From NCBI GenBank assembly GCA_965248845.1, contig CBDFKO010000002.1, positions 2,450,369 through 2,514,368 of the forward strand: a DNA stretch of 64,000 bases, given 5' to 3'. The translations under genes were made by a program, and so were the position numbers. Source of the stretch: Acidobacteriota bacterium (lineage in GTDB: Bacteria > Acidobacteriota > UBA890 > WLXD01). Shown here piece by piece: positions 11,924 to 21,084 of the stretch. Under the pieces are notes generated by a model. That model searched no databases. It saw nothing but the letters and a program-made list of their open reading frames with translations, and had not been told where the DNA came from. The first letter of the stretch is position 1. The number at the start of each line of letters is the position of its first letter.

Positions 11924-14101
11924 CTACTGCTGCGGCTCGCCTACCGGGTCCGAGATCTGCTCCAAGAGTCTGCGGATCTCCGGTTGATCGATGTCGAGCT
12001 CGAGGGAACGTTGCCAAAGCTCACGCGCCTTGCCGGATTTCCCGTCGGCGAAGTAGGCAGAGGCCAGGGCGTTGAGCACGGGCGGCTCGTCGGCACCATT
12101 GACCATCCGCGAGCGCTCATAATAGCGGATCGCGTCGTAGTGCTCTCCCGCCTCGGAATGGGCGCCCGCCAGCGCCAACATGGCCTCGACGTTTCGTGGG
12201 TCCTCCACCACCTCGGGTGTGAGCAGACCGATCAGATCCTGCCAGCGGCCCGCGTCGCGCAAAAGCAGCATTTGCAGCCGTACGATGTCGCCGTTGTCAG
12301 GCTCGCGATCCAGGGCCTCGCCCAGGTAACCGATGGCCCGTTCGTACTCGCCGAGCACCCGATACTGGCGGGCACGCTCGAGCGCGACGGTAACGTCGGT
12401 CGGCGGCGGCGCGTGCTGCGAGTTGACGAACGGAAGCGCTTGGTCCTCCTTCGGCACCACGAGCTGAATCTCACGCCGACGTGCGGCCTGCCCGTCGCCG
12501 TCGAGGCTCACCTCGACCATGTAGCGGCCGGCGCCCAGACCGCGGGTGTCGATCTGCCACACATGCGGCAACACGCCGTAGACGTCGGCGTCCTCGGGCG
12601 AAAGCGTCTGGCTCCCCTCACGAACGGTCGCGCCCGAAGGATCACGAACGACGAAACGGCCTGTCAGCGGAACCGCGAAGCCCTCGGGCAGGAGCACCTG
12701 CTGGAAGACGCGGAGCGGTGGCCCGGCGAATGCCTGGTCGACAATCGGCACCATCAGCACGTTGGCGTATTGGAACGCGTAGCGCGTCGCGTACGGATCC
12801 CAGTCGGGGACATCACGCGTGTCGGCGACGACCACAGGGCCGATCAGGCGCGGGCGCGACGGATGAATCGACGGCACGTCGAGGTCGATCACCTGCTGGC
12901 CGAAGGAGCGGGCCACCTCGTTCTCGATCATCACGGTGAGCAACTGCCTACCCGGCACCGTCGGGAACATATCGAGATAGACCAACTGCTGCCGGCTGAA
13001 GCGGCGCGCCTGTTCCTCGTCGAGCTCGCCCGACAGCGACGCGTCGAAGTTCAGCAGCACCTTGCTGTCGGGAAGCGTGACGGCACCCGAAGCACCGAAC
13101 GAGAAATAGTAGTGGTCCTCGTACTCGTCGATGTTGAGGTGCTCCCCGGACGCACTCGTGGCGATGTGCAGGAAGGGCTCGCCGTCGGTATCGATGAGGG
13201 CCGTAGCGTACGCACTCATGCGGAGCGTCTCGAAGCGCACGTCGGACTCGGTCACACCCGTGAGCACCCGGTAGGCCCAGGTCTTGTCGGGCATGATGCG
13301 CTCGGGTACCGCGGCCACGTCGCCGATCAGCATCTCGGAGCGCAGCGGCGTGATGCCGTACTCCAGTCCGGCCTCCGACGGGAAGAGGCTGAACGCGGCG
13401 CTCGCGAGGTCGTAGTCGATCTCGCGCAACAGCGAGTACAGCGCCGTGCTGTCGCCGTAGCCGGTCGGTGCGTAGGTGTCGAACCGGTAGGAGTCTTGCT
13501 GCGCTCGTTGCTCGACCTCGCGGATACCGGCCCCATTGAGCAACTTCTCGGGGCCGTCCGCCAGGGGGCTGTAGAGCCGGAAGTCCCCGGAGCCGTACCT
13601 TTGGTAAAAGACCATGTAGAAGAAGGGAGGAAGGCCGAGCTCGGTCTCGCCCGCATACATCCAGATCTCGGCCGGATACGTCACCATCTCCGACTGGTAG
13701 CGATTGCGGCTGATCGGCTCGCCGAGCAGGATCCAGATGCGACCCCGGTCGGTCTGCCAGCCGTCGAGCGATGTGCCGCGTCCGAAGAACTTGTTGACGT
13801 AGGCAAGCCGCTCGTAGTGCAGCTCGTAGTACTCGTTGCGTGGTGTGCCCGGAGTCGGGTCGCGGTTCTTCCAGAACTGCTCGATAAAGATATCGTACTT
13901 GGCATCGATGTCGAGCCGCAAGAAGACGTCGTACTCCTCCTCGGTGATGAGGTGCCCGACGCCCGCCGTGACCCACTCGCGGTACCGTTCCGGGATCTCG
14001 TCCAGGTCCCTGGCCTCGTAGATCGACGTATCTCGTTGCTGGCCCGCAACGGGAGCAGCCAGGATCAGCGCCAGGGCGCAAATGAGAAAGCGGTGTCTCA
14101 A
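11924..14101 (-). CDS. GWxTD domain protein with C-terminal TPRs
   Basis: Signal peptide; FIEQFWKNRDPTPGTPRNEY..RLAYVN..GWQTDRGRIWILLGEP signature; TPRs at the C-terminus. TTG start assumed. Confidence 0.92.
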   Translation of the reverse strand: MRHRFLICALALILAAPVAGQQRDTSIYEARDLDEIPERYREWVTAGVGHLITEEEYDVFLRLDIDAKYDIFIEQFWKNRDPTPGTPRNEYYELHYERLAYVNKFFGRGTSLDGWQTDRGRIWILLGEPISRNRYQSEMVTYPAEIWMYAGETELGLPPFFYMVFYQRYGSGDFRLYSPLADGPEKLLNGAGIREVEQRAQQDSYRFDTYAPTGYGDSTALYSLLREIDYDLASAAFSLFPSEAGLEYGITPLRSEMLIGDVAAVPERIMPDKTWAYRVLTGVTESDVRFETLRMSAYATALIDTDGEPFLHIATSASGEHLNIDEYEDHYYFSFGASGAVTLPDSKVLLNFDASLSGELDEEQARRFSRQQLVYLDMFPTVPGRQLLTVMIENEVARSFGQQVIDLDVPSIHPSRPRLIGPVVVADTRDVPDWDPYATRYAFQYANVLMVPIVDQAFAGPPLRVFQQVLLPEGFAVPLTGRFVVRDPSGATVREGSQTLSPEDADVYGVLPHVWQIDTRGLGAGRYMVEVSLDGDGQAARRREIQLVVPKEDQALPFVNSQHAPPPTDVTVALERARQYRVLGEYERAIGYLGEALDREPDNGDIVRLQMLLLRDAGRWQDLIGLLTPEVVEDPRNVEAMLALAGAHSEAGEHYDAIRYYERSRMVNGADEPPVLNALASAYFADGKSGKARELWQRSLELDIDQPEIRRLLEQISDPVGEPQQ

Positions 14102-14193
14102 GGTCGGGTTTCTGCGGGTTTGCGGCTCTCGATGAACCGAGAGCCAAGCTCGTCCAGGTGCGATAATGGCAACCGGACCATGGAGCACGGAAG

Positions 14194-15987
14194 TTGAGAT
14201 TATACGCTGGCTGGCCCCCGAAACGCTCGTCTGTGCGCCCGCTCACGAGAGGGCTGGCTTGCGCCCTGATGCAAGGTCTCGCGCTCTGTGCTGGGACTGC
14301 CGGCGCGGGTCAGAGTGCTGATGACGCCACGTCGATCCGGTTCGAAGACGTGCGCGAGGCGATGGGCGTCGACTGGGCCCACTTCGCCGGCCGCAGCGCC
14401 GCCAAGGAGATGCCGGAAACCATGGGCGGCGGCATCGCCTGGCTCGACTATGACAACGACGGTCGCTACGACCTGTATTTCGTCGACAGCGGCACCCTGG
14501 CCGGTACCACCCCGCTGACCGAGGCGCCCGCCCGGGCCGGAGAGAACCGGCTGTTCCGCAACGCGCCGTCCGGGCGCTTCGAAGATGCGTCCCAGGCCGG
14601 TGCCGGTGACCCCGGCTACGGGATGGGCGTAGCGGTGGGCGACTACGACTCCGACGGCTGGAGCGATCTGTTCGTGACCAACTACGGTGCCAACGCCCTG
14701 TACCGCAACAACGGCGACGGGACCTTCGGCGACGTGACCGCCGAGACGGGGCTGGCCGGCGATTCCTGGAGCACGAGCGCGGCCTGGGGCGACCTCGACG
14801 CCGACGGGTTTGCCGAGCTGTACGTGGCCAACTACGTGAGCTACGAGGTGCCGAGCGTCAACAAGTGCACCGACGTAAACGACCGGTTGATCTACTGCAC
14901 GCCGGATCTGTTCGACGGGGTTGTCGACGAGCTGTACCAGAACCTCGGGGGTCGCGCCTTCGAGAACGTCACCGAGGCGGCCGGCACAGACAACGCCGCC
15001 GACGGCAAGGGCCTCGGTGTGGTGATCGTAGATATCGACGCCGACGCCCGGCCCGACATCTACGTCGCCAACGACGCTACCCGCAACTTCTTTTACGTGA
15101 ACCGCGGGGAGCTGCGCTTCGAGGACCAGGGCGTTATCTCGGGGACCGCCGTGAGCGCCGAAGGCTATCCTCAGTCGGGAATGGGCGTCGACATCGCCGA
15201 CATCGACGGCGATGGGAGCGTCGAGATCGGAGTGACCAACTTCGAGCGCCAGGCGGTGAACCTCTACATGGCCATGGTTCCGGGCCTGTTCCAGGATCAG
15301 ACCTTCGCCGTCGGCCTGGGCGAGCCCACGGTGGGGACGCTGGGCTTCGGCCTGGCCTTTGTCGACGCCGACGGGGATGGTGACCTGGACGTGGTGATCG
15401 CCAACGGCCACCTGGACTACGACGAGACCTCGCCCCAGGCGAACCAGGTGTTCCGCAACCTGGCTGCCGAGCGGCGCGCGGCAGGCGGACTCGATGGCAC
15501 CTCCGGCCTGCTTCGCGAGCTACCCGCCGGCGCCGGTGACCCGATGCAAGCTCGTCGGGTCTCGCGCGGGCTGGCCGCGGGTGATCTGGAGGGCGACGGC
15601 TGGCCCGACCTGGTGATTACCAACGTGCAGGAGCGGCCCACGATTCTGCGCAACACGGCGCCGCGCGCTGACTCTCGCCTGGTGCTGCGCCTACGGGGCC
15701 GCCAGGCCAATCGCGACGGCTACGGAGCCCACGTCGAGGTAACTCCGCTCGTGCACGACGGCACCACGGCAGTGCAATATCACGACGTGAAGAGCAGCAC
15801 CTCATACCTGTCGCAAGGCAGCAACGAGCTCTACCTCGGGATCGGGCAGGCCGATCGGGCCCGGGTCGTCGTGCGCTGGCCCGACGGTACGACCGAGGAT
15901 CTGGGCGAGCTCGAGGCCGGGTGGCTGATCCTCGTTCGCGAGGGCATGGGCGTTGTGGCCCGCCGGCCGCTGGAGGACTCGGCTTGA
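14194..15987 (+). CDS. CRTAC1 family (FG-GAP repeats + ASPIC/UnbV) protein
   Basis: MPETMGGGIAWLDYDNDGRYDLY, repeated DxDxDG loops, NRDGYGA..SYLSQ..VRWPDG. True start may be ~14233-14269. Confidence 0.92.
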   Translation: MRLYAGWPPKRSSVRPLTRGLACALMQGLALCAGTAGAGQSADDATSIRFEDVREAMGVDWAHFAGRSAAKEMPETMGGGIAWLDYDNDGRYDLYFVDSGTLAGTTPLTEAPARAGENRLFRNAPSGRFEDASQAGAGDPGYGMGVAVGDYDSDGWSDLFVTNYGANALYRNNGDGTFGDVTAETGLAGDSWSTSAAWGDLDADGFAELYVANYVSYEVPSVNKCTDVNDRLIYCTPDLFDGVVDELYQNLGGRAFENVTEAAGTDNAADGKGLGVVIVDIDADARPDIYVANDATRNFFYVNRGELRFEDQGVISGTAVSAEGYPQSGMGVDIADIDGDGSVEIGVTNFERQAVNLYMAMVPGLFQDQTFAVGLGEPTVGTLGFGLAFVDADGDGDLDVVIANGHLDYDETSPQANQVFRNLAAERRAAGGLDGTSGLLRELPAGAGDPMQARRVSRGLAAGDLEGDGWPDLVITNVQERPTILRNTAPRADSRLVLRLRGRQANRDGYGAHVEVTPLVHDGTTAVQYHDVKSSTSYLSQGSNELYLGIGQADRARVVVRWPDGTTEDLGELEAGWLILVREGMGVVARRPLEDSA

Positions 15988-17552
15988 GGGGATCGATACG
16001 GCTCCTGGTGCTGGCGTGGGCCTTGGTGCTCACCGCACCGGCCCATGCCCAACAGGACGACACAACCGAAACCGCCCAGGCGCGCTTCATCGCGGCGCTG
16101 CGGCTTGTCGAGCAGAGCCGCTTCGAGGAGGCCCTGACCGAGGCGACGGCGGGCGCCGAGCTGGCCCCGGACGACCCCGACGGTCTCAACCTTCTGGGGC
16201 GGATCTACGAGCAACTCGAGCGCGACCAGGAGGCCGAAGACGCCTACACCCGGGCCATGCGAGCCGACCCGCAGTGGAGCCCGCCTTTCATGAACCTGGG
16301 GACCTTGTATCTGAGGCAGTCGAAATTCGCCGCGGCCGTAGCGCCCCTGCAGCAGGCCACGACGCTGGACCCCGACAGCGCCCAGACGCACGCGTTGTAC
16401 GGCGTGGCGCTGCGCAACTCGAATCGAGTCGCCGATGCCGTCGGTGCATTCGAGCGCGCTTGGGAGCTGGCACCCGGCGACGGCCGGCTCGGTACCGATG
16501 TAGCGATCACTCGTCGCATGGCTGGCGACCTCGCCGGGGCGATCGGCGCCGCGGAGCAGGCGGTGGAACAGCTACCCGGCGATCCGCGGCCGCTCGGCCT
16601 GCTCGGTCAGCTACTTGTGGAGAGTACCCGGGCGGAGGATCTGATTCGTGCGCCGGCCGTCTACCGAAAGGCCATCGCGCTAGCCCCCGAGAACCCCGGC
16701 TTCTGGGCAGGGCTCGCCGCTGCCTACACCGAGCTGGCCCTGCGAGCCGATGCCGAACAGGCGTTAGGGCGGGCGATGGAGCTCGGCGCGAATACCCCCG
16801 ACCTGCGGTTTCGTCTGGGGCAGACGCTGGCGCGTCAGGCGAAGTGGGCCGCGGCGCTCGAGCAGTACGACTCGGTTCTCACACCCCTGCCCGACTCCCC
16901 CGTGGTGCAGCAGTATCGGGGCGAGGCCCTGTTCAATCTGAACCGTGCCGACGAGGCACTCGTCGCTTTCGAGCGCGCCATGGAACTGTCGCCCGGCGGG
17001 ATCGACCCGATCCTGTCGGCGGTGCAGATTCTCTTCGTCAAGGGGCAGCTCGACAGGGTCGAGGAGTACCTGGGTCGCGTGGCGATCACCGATGCGCGCG
17101 AACAGGCGCGGCTCGATCTCGAAACCTCACGGCTGCGGTCGCGCCAGGGGCGCGACCAGGAAGCACTGGAGGCGGTGGAGCGCCTGCTCGCGGTCGACCC
17201 CACGAACGTCGACGGCCTGTATCTGAAAGGACAGTCGCTGCTCAAGCTCGGCCGCATCGAGGAAGGCCGCGCGGCGCTCGCCGAGTACCAGACCCACTTC
17301 ACCGCCGAACGCGGCCAAGAGGTCGAGGCGTTGCGCTTCGGTCTCATCGGCCGCGCGCAGGTCTACACACTCCGCAGCCGCGTCTACATCGCCGAGGGGC
17401 GCTACGACGACGCGCTGGAGCAGCTCGTGGCGGCGACCGAGCTGGCCAGCGACAGCGCCGAGGTCTGGAGGCTCCTGGCCGAGCTGCACGACCTGCGCGG
17501 TGACTCGGAAGCGGCGGCCGCGGCCCGCGAGCGGGCTCGCGCGCTGCAGTAG
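15984..17552 (+). CDS. Exported TPR protein
   Basis: Signal peptide (PAHA-QQ), multiple TPR repeats; TTGA overlap with the CRTAC1 gene. Confidence 0.88.
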   Translation: MRGSIRLLVLAWALVLTAPAHAQQDDTTETAQARFIAALRLVEQSRFEEALTEATAGAELAPDDPDGLNLLGRIYEQLERDQEAEDAYTRAMRADPQWSPPFMNLGTLYLRQSKFAAAVAPLQQATTLDPDSAQTHALYGVALRNSNRVADAVGAFERAWELAPGDGRLGTDVAITRRMAGDLAGAIGAAEQAVEQLPGDPRPLGLLGQLLVESTRAEDLIRAPAVYRKAIALAPENPGFWAGLAAAYTELALRADAEQALGRAMELGANTPDLRFRLGQTLARQAKWAAALEQYDSVLTPLPDSPVVQQYRGEALFNLNRADEALVAFERAMELSPGGIDPILSAVQILFVKGQLDRVEEYLGRVAITDAREQARLDLETSRLRSRQGRDQEALEAVERLLAVDPTNVDGLYLKGQSLLKLGRIEEGRAALAEYQTHFTAERGQEVEALRFGLIGRAQVYTLRSRVYIAEGRYDDALEQLVAATELASDSAEVWRLLAELHDLRGDSEAAAAARERARALQ

Positions 17553-17567
17553 CGGCCCGCTGTCGTG

Positions 17568-19676
17568 CTATTGCTGCAGTCCCTGGTCTTGCTTGATCCG
17601 CGCGACCATGTCGCGTAGCTGCGGGATCTGGAACTCGCCGTGCAACCGCTCCGGCACCGTGTCGACAAGCCGGTCGAGAACCTCGACCGCCTCGGCAAAC
17701 CGGTTCATGCGAACCAGCTCGATGCCGAGAGCGCGCATTGCCTCGAAGTTGGTCTCCGACAGCGACACCGATGTGCGCCAGTGCTCGAGCGCCTCCTCAG
17801 GGCGGCCCGACTGGAACGCGACGACCCCGAGCAAGTGGTGCGCCTCCGAGCTGGTCGGGTCGTACTGCAGTGCCCGCTGAAGCGATGACTCGGCATCCGC
17901 CACCAGGCCGCTGTCGAGCAACAAGACCCCCATGTTCAGGTGCAGGCTGGTATAGGTAGGATCGAGCTCGGCGGCACGATCGAAGGCAGCCCGGGCCTCC
18001 ACGGCGCGACCGGCCGCCCCGTGCACGGTACCCAGCAGGATCAAGGCATCGACGTTCGTGGGCTCCTCGGCGAGGGTATCCTCGAGCAGGGTGCGGGCCT
18101 CGTCGAAACGGCCTATCTCGTTGAGGTAGAAGGCGAGCTTCTGCCACAGCGCCGGCGTGCTCCAGCTCTGGGCCGCCGCAGCACTGAGGCGATCGACGGC
18201 CGCCGCGGTGTTGCCGAGGGCGTGCTGGAAGTTGGCGTGCAGCAGATAGGCGGCCCCGTAGTCGGGTCGCTCGGCGAGCACGCTCTCGGCCCGGGCCAGG
18301 GCCCCGGCGAAGTCGCCCTCCTCGGCCGCCAGAATCGCATCCTGCAGCTCGTTGTCGAAGCGAATGAGCGCCTTCGGGTCGTCCTCCGGGCCGTAGGTCT
18401 CCCGAGCTATGCCGCTGGAGGACCCACCGACGTAGCCGAGCGCTCGCAGGCGCCGCAACGTCTCAGGATCCTCGGCCAGAGGCCGTGCCGGGCCGCCGCC
18501 CGCCTGCAGATGTTTCTCCAGCGCGGCGCGCATCGCCGCCACCTGCGCGGCTTCGGCCTCGATCAGGTCGCTCGCCTCCACCGGGTCGGCGTCGACGTCG
18601 TAGAGCTCCGGCAGCGGTAGGTCGATGTACTTCCAGCGTCCCTGGAACAGACCGCGCAGCGGTGCCCAGCTGCGAGTGAGACTAGGGCCGAGCGACTCGA
18701 AGTAGACCACCCCGTCAGGGTCTGCCGCAGGCCCACCCTGCAGGCGACCGAGCAGCGCCGCACCCTCGGTGCCATCCCGCGCCAGCCCCAGCGCCTCGAG
18801 CACGGTAGGCAGAATATCGGCGTGGCTGACGCGGTCACCGACGACGCTACCGGCCGCAACTCCGGGGATACCGGCCATGATCAGCGGAACGCGCAGGGTC
18901 GAGGCGTAGGCAAAGATCCCGTGCGTGAGCTCGCCGTGATCGCCCAGCGCCTCGCCGTGATCCGATGTCAGCACCACGAGCGCACCGCGGTTTTCCGCGT
19001 CCTGCAGCAGTGGCGCCAACGCCGAATCGGTAAAGGCGACCTCGCCGGCATACGCATCCGCGGCGTAACGCTCGTCGAAGGGTGGCGGCGGCAGGTACGG
19101 CGCGTGGGGGTCGTAGACGTGTACCCAGGCGAACCAGGTACCCCGCTGGCGGCGGATCCAGCGCCGCGCGATCGACACCACAGCGTCGGCGGGCCGCTCG
19201 ACCATGCGGAACGAGCCGGAATCCAGGCTGCCGTAGAAATCGTCGTAGACGTCGAAACCCTGGGCCAACCCGAACTGGGAGTCGAGCGGGAACGCTCCGA
19301 CGAAGGCACCGGTCGCGTACCCAGCAGCACCGAGACGCTCCGCCCAGGTATCGATCGCGTCGGCCACCCGGAAGCCGGTGTTGTCGTGCACGCCGTGCCG
19401 GCTCGGATCCAGGCCGCTGAGAATCGACGTGTGCGACGGCAGGGTCATCACGGCGTGTGCCACCGCTTGATCGAAGCGCACGCCGCGGGCGGCCAGGGCA
19501 TCGATCGCCGGCGTCTGGGCCGCGCCGCCGGTAACCCCGAGCGCGTCGGCGCGCAGGGTATCGATCGTCACCAGGAGCACGGGTAGCGCCGGCTGCCGTC
19601 CCGGCGCCGCGAGTGCCGTGCTCAAAGCGAAGACGGCGACGCCCGGGCCGAGCGCCGCCGCCAGAAGTCTGTTCAC
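17568..19676 (-). CDS. Sulfatase-like (alkaline phosphatase superfamily) hydrolase/transferase with C-terminal TPRs
   Basis: LLVTIDTLRAD, TLPSHTSILSG, HVYDPHAPY, TSDHGE, LRALGYV, then TPRs. Confidence 0.92.
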   Translation of the reverse strand: MNRLLAAALGPGVAVFALSTALAAPGRQPALPVLLVTIDTLRADALGVTGGAAQTPAIDALAARGVRFDQAVAHAVMTLPSHTSILSGLDPSRHGVHDNTGFRVADAIDTWAERLGAAGYATGAFVGAFPLDSQFGLAQGFDVYDDFYGSLDSGSFRMVERPADAVVSIARRWIRRQRGTWFAWVHVYDPHAPYLPPPPFDERYAADAYAGEVAFTDSALAPLLQDAENRGALVVLTSDHGEALGDHGELTHGIFAYASTLRVPLIMAGIPGVAAGSVVGDRVSHADILPTVLEALGLARDGTEGAALLGRLQGGPAADPDGVVYFESLGPSLTRSWAPLRGLFQGRWKYIDLPLPELYDVDADPVEASDLIEAEAAQVAAMRAALEKHLQAGGGPARPLAEDPETLRRLRALGYVGGSSSGIARETYGPEDDPKALIRFDNELQDAILAAEEGDFAGALARAESVLAERPDYGAAYLLHANFQHALGNTAAAVDRLSAAAAQSWSTPALWQKLAFYLNEIGRFDEARTLLEDTLAEEPTNVDALILLGTVHGAAGRAVEARAAFDRAAELDPTYTSLHLNMGVLLLDSGLVADAESSLQRALQYDPTSSEAHHLLGVVAFQSGRPEEALEHWRTSVSLSETNFEAMRALGIELVRMNRFAEAVEVLDRLVDTVPERLHGEFQIPQLRDMVARIKQDQGLQQ

Positions 19677-19689
19677 AACGGGACCGCGA

Positions 19690-20688
19690 TCAACTGATCG
19701 AGTTGAGGAAGTCCTGGGCCAGCGCCGCGTTCTGTGAGCCCGGGTCGAGCTCGATTACCTTCTCGAGATGCGACTTGGCCTCGTCCATCTTGCCCTGCTG
19801 GATGAGGCACAGCCCCACCTGCATGTGGGCATCCGCGAAGCCCGGGTTTCGCTGAATCGCCAGCTCGTAGTATTTCTGGGCCTCAGCCGACTGACCCTGA
19901 TCGAACAAGAGCGAGCCGATGTTGTAGAAGACGATCGGGTCCCGGATGTCGGCCGGATCGACGCGCTCGAGATGCGCCATGGCACCGTCGAGATCCCGCT
20001 GCATCATCGCGACCTTGGCCAGGCCGAGGTGGGCCTCGGTGCTCTCGGGATCACCGCCCACCGCCGTCTCGAAATGCGACGTAGCCCTGTCGTGATCGCC
20101 GGCCGCGTAAGCAGCGTTGCCGGCGTTGATGCTCACCAGGTACAGCAGCTCGAGCGGGTCCTCCTTGGCACCTTCCTCGGCGATGATGGCTTCGAACGCG
20201 GCCAGCGCACCGGGGTAATCGCCAGCGTCGTAGAGTGCATTACCGGCCTTCATCTTCTCGCCGAGCTCGCCGCTGAACAGCGCCATCCCGCCGGGCACGG
20301 CGTCGCCCGCGGCGCTCGCATCCCCCGGCTGCAGGATCGTCTCGACCGGCTTGTTCTGGGTGTACTCCAATATGTTCGCGCTCTGAGCGCCGGGGAGGAA
20401 ACCCTCCGCTGAGATATCGATGTTCCAGGTACCTCGACCCATGGCGCCCTTGAGCCAGCGGCCGTCATTCTTCGTAATGAGTGTCCAGCTGTCGCCAGTC
20501 GCCACATAGGTCAGCACGACGGTGGCCCCGGGGATCGGATTGTGCTCGTGGTCGAACACCTGGCCCTGCAGACGACCGCGGCCCTGGGCGATGTTCTGCG
20601 CCGCGGCCGTAGTCGCGATAGCCAAGATGAGCGCGGCGACGGTAACGCCCAGAAGGGAGCTCCCGGCACGTTGCCTTGCCACTGCCAT
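19690..20688 (-). CDS. Exported carboxypeptidase-regulatory-like (Cna-B) domain + TPR protein
   Basis: Signal peptide; GRLQGQVFD..PIPGATV..GTWNIDISAEGF; TPRs. Confidence 0.88.
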   Translation of the reverse strand: MAVARQRAGSSLLGVTVAALILAIATTAAAQNIAQGRGRLQGQVFDHEHNPIPGATVVLTYVATGDSWTLITKNDGRWLKGAMGRGTWNIDISAEGFLPGAQSANILEYTQNKPVETILQPGDASAAGDAVPGGMALFSGELGEKMKAGNALYDAGDYPGALAAFEAIIAEEGAKEDPLELLYLVSINAGNAAYAAGDHDRATSHFETAVGGDPESTEAHLGLAKVAMMQRDLDGAMAHLERVDPADIRDPIVFYNIGSLLFDQGQSAEAQKYYELAIQRNPGFADAHMQVGLCLIQQGKMDEAKSHLEKVIELDPGSQNAALAQDFLNSIS

Positions 20689-20783
20689 GGTGTACGTGAA
20701 CAGGGGATTCCTCCGTTCTCGAGCGCGAGGGACTGCCTCTAGCTTCTAGCTTAATACGTCCGGCTCTCGTGATCCCACAGGAG

Positions 20784-20987
20784 TTCGGCGGGGAGGCGGC
20801 TCGGCGTGTGGGCAGTGGGGCGCAACTTGGTCGAGGTGGACGCGGCGCGTCGGAAATCCGCTTGCTCACTACATGACGTTCGGAAATCCACGGCCGCGCC
20901 ATGCAAGCGGAGTTCCGACGCGAGGAGTCGAGCTCCGCCCCCATTGCGCCGAACCACGCAACCCCACACCGCCCCCCCACCTCGCCT
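20784..20987. repeat. ~200 bp imperfect palindrome (MITE/REP-like or structured RNA), long copy
   Basis: Inner IR GCGTCGGAAATCCGCTTGC / GCAAGCGGAGTTCCGACGC; outer arms also pair; homologous to 10751-10838. Confidence 0.75.
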
Positions 20988-21029
20988 CAAACAACGAAAG
21001 GGCCCCCGAAGCCGAAGCTCCGAGGGCCC
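20988..21029 (-). terminator. Rho-independent terminator of the TonB-dependent receptor gene
   Basis: GGGCCC-CCGAAGC-CGAA-GCTCCGA-GGGCCC hairpin followed on the minus strand by TTTCGTTGTTT. Confidence 0.75.
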
Positions 21030-21084
21030 GATCTTTCTCGGTCGCTATCCGACCCGAGGGTCGGGCAGCAACGTCATGGCTCTC

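Noticed and set aside
11876-14197. 773-aa plus-strand ORF and other long antisense ORFs (e.g. 4797-6749, 21871-23745, 46367-48088)
   Set aside because: Shadow ORFs opposite well-supported genes; expected in high-GC DNA and lacking motifs.
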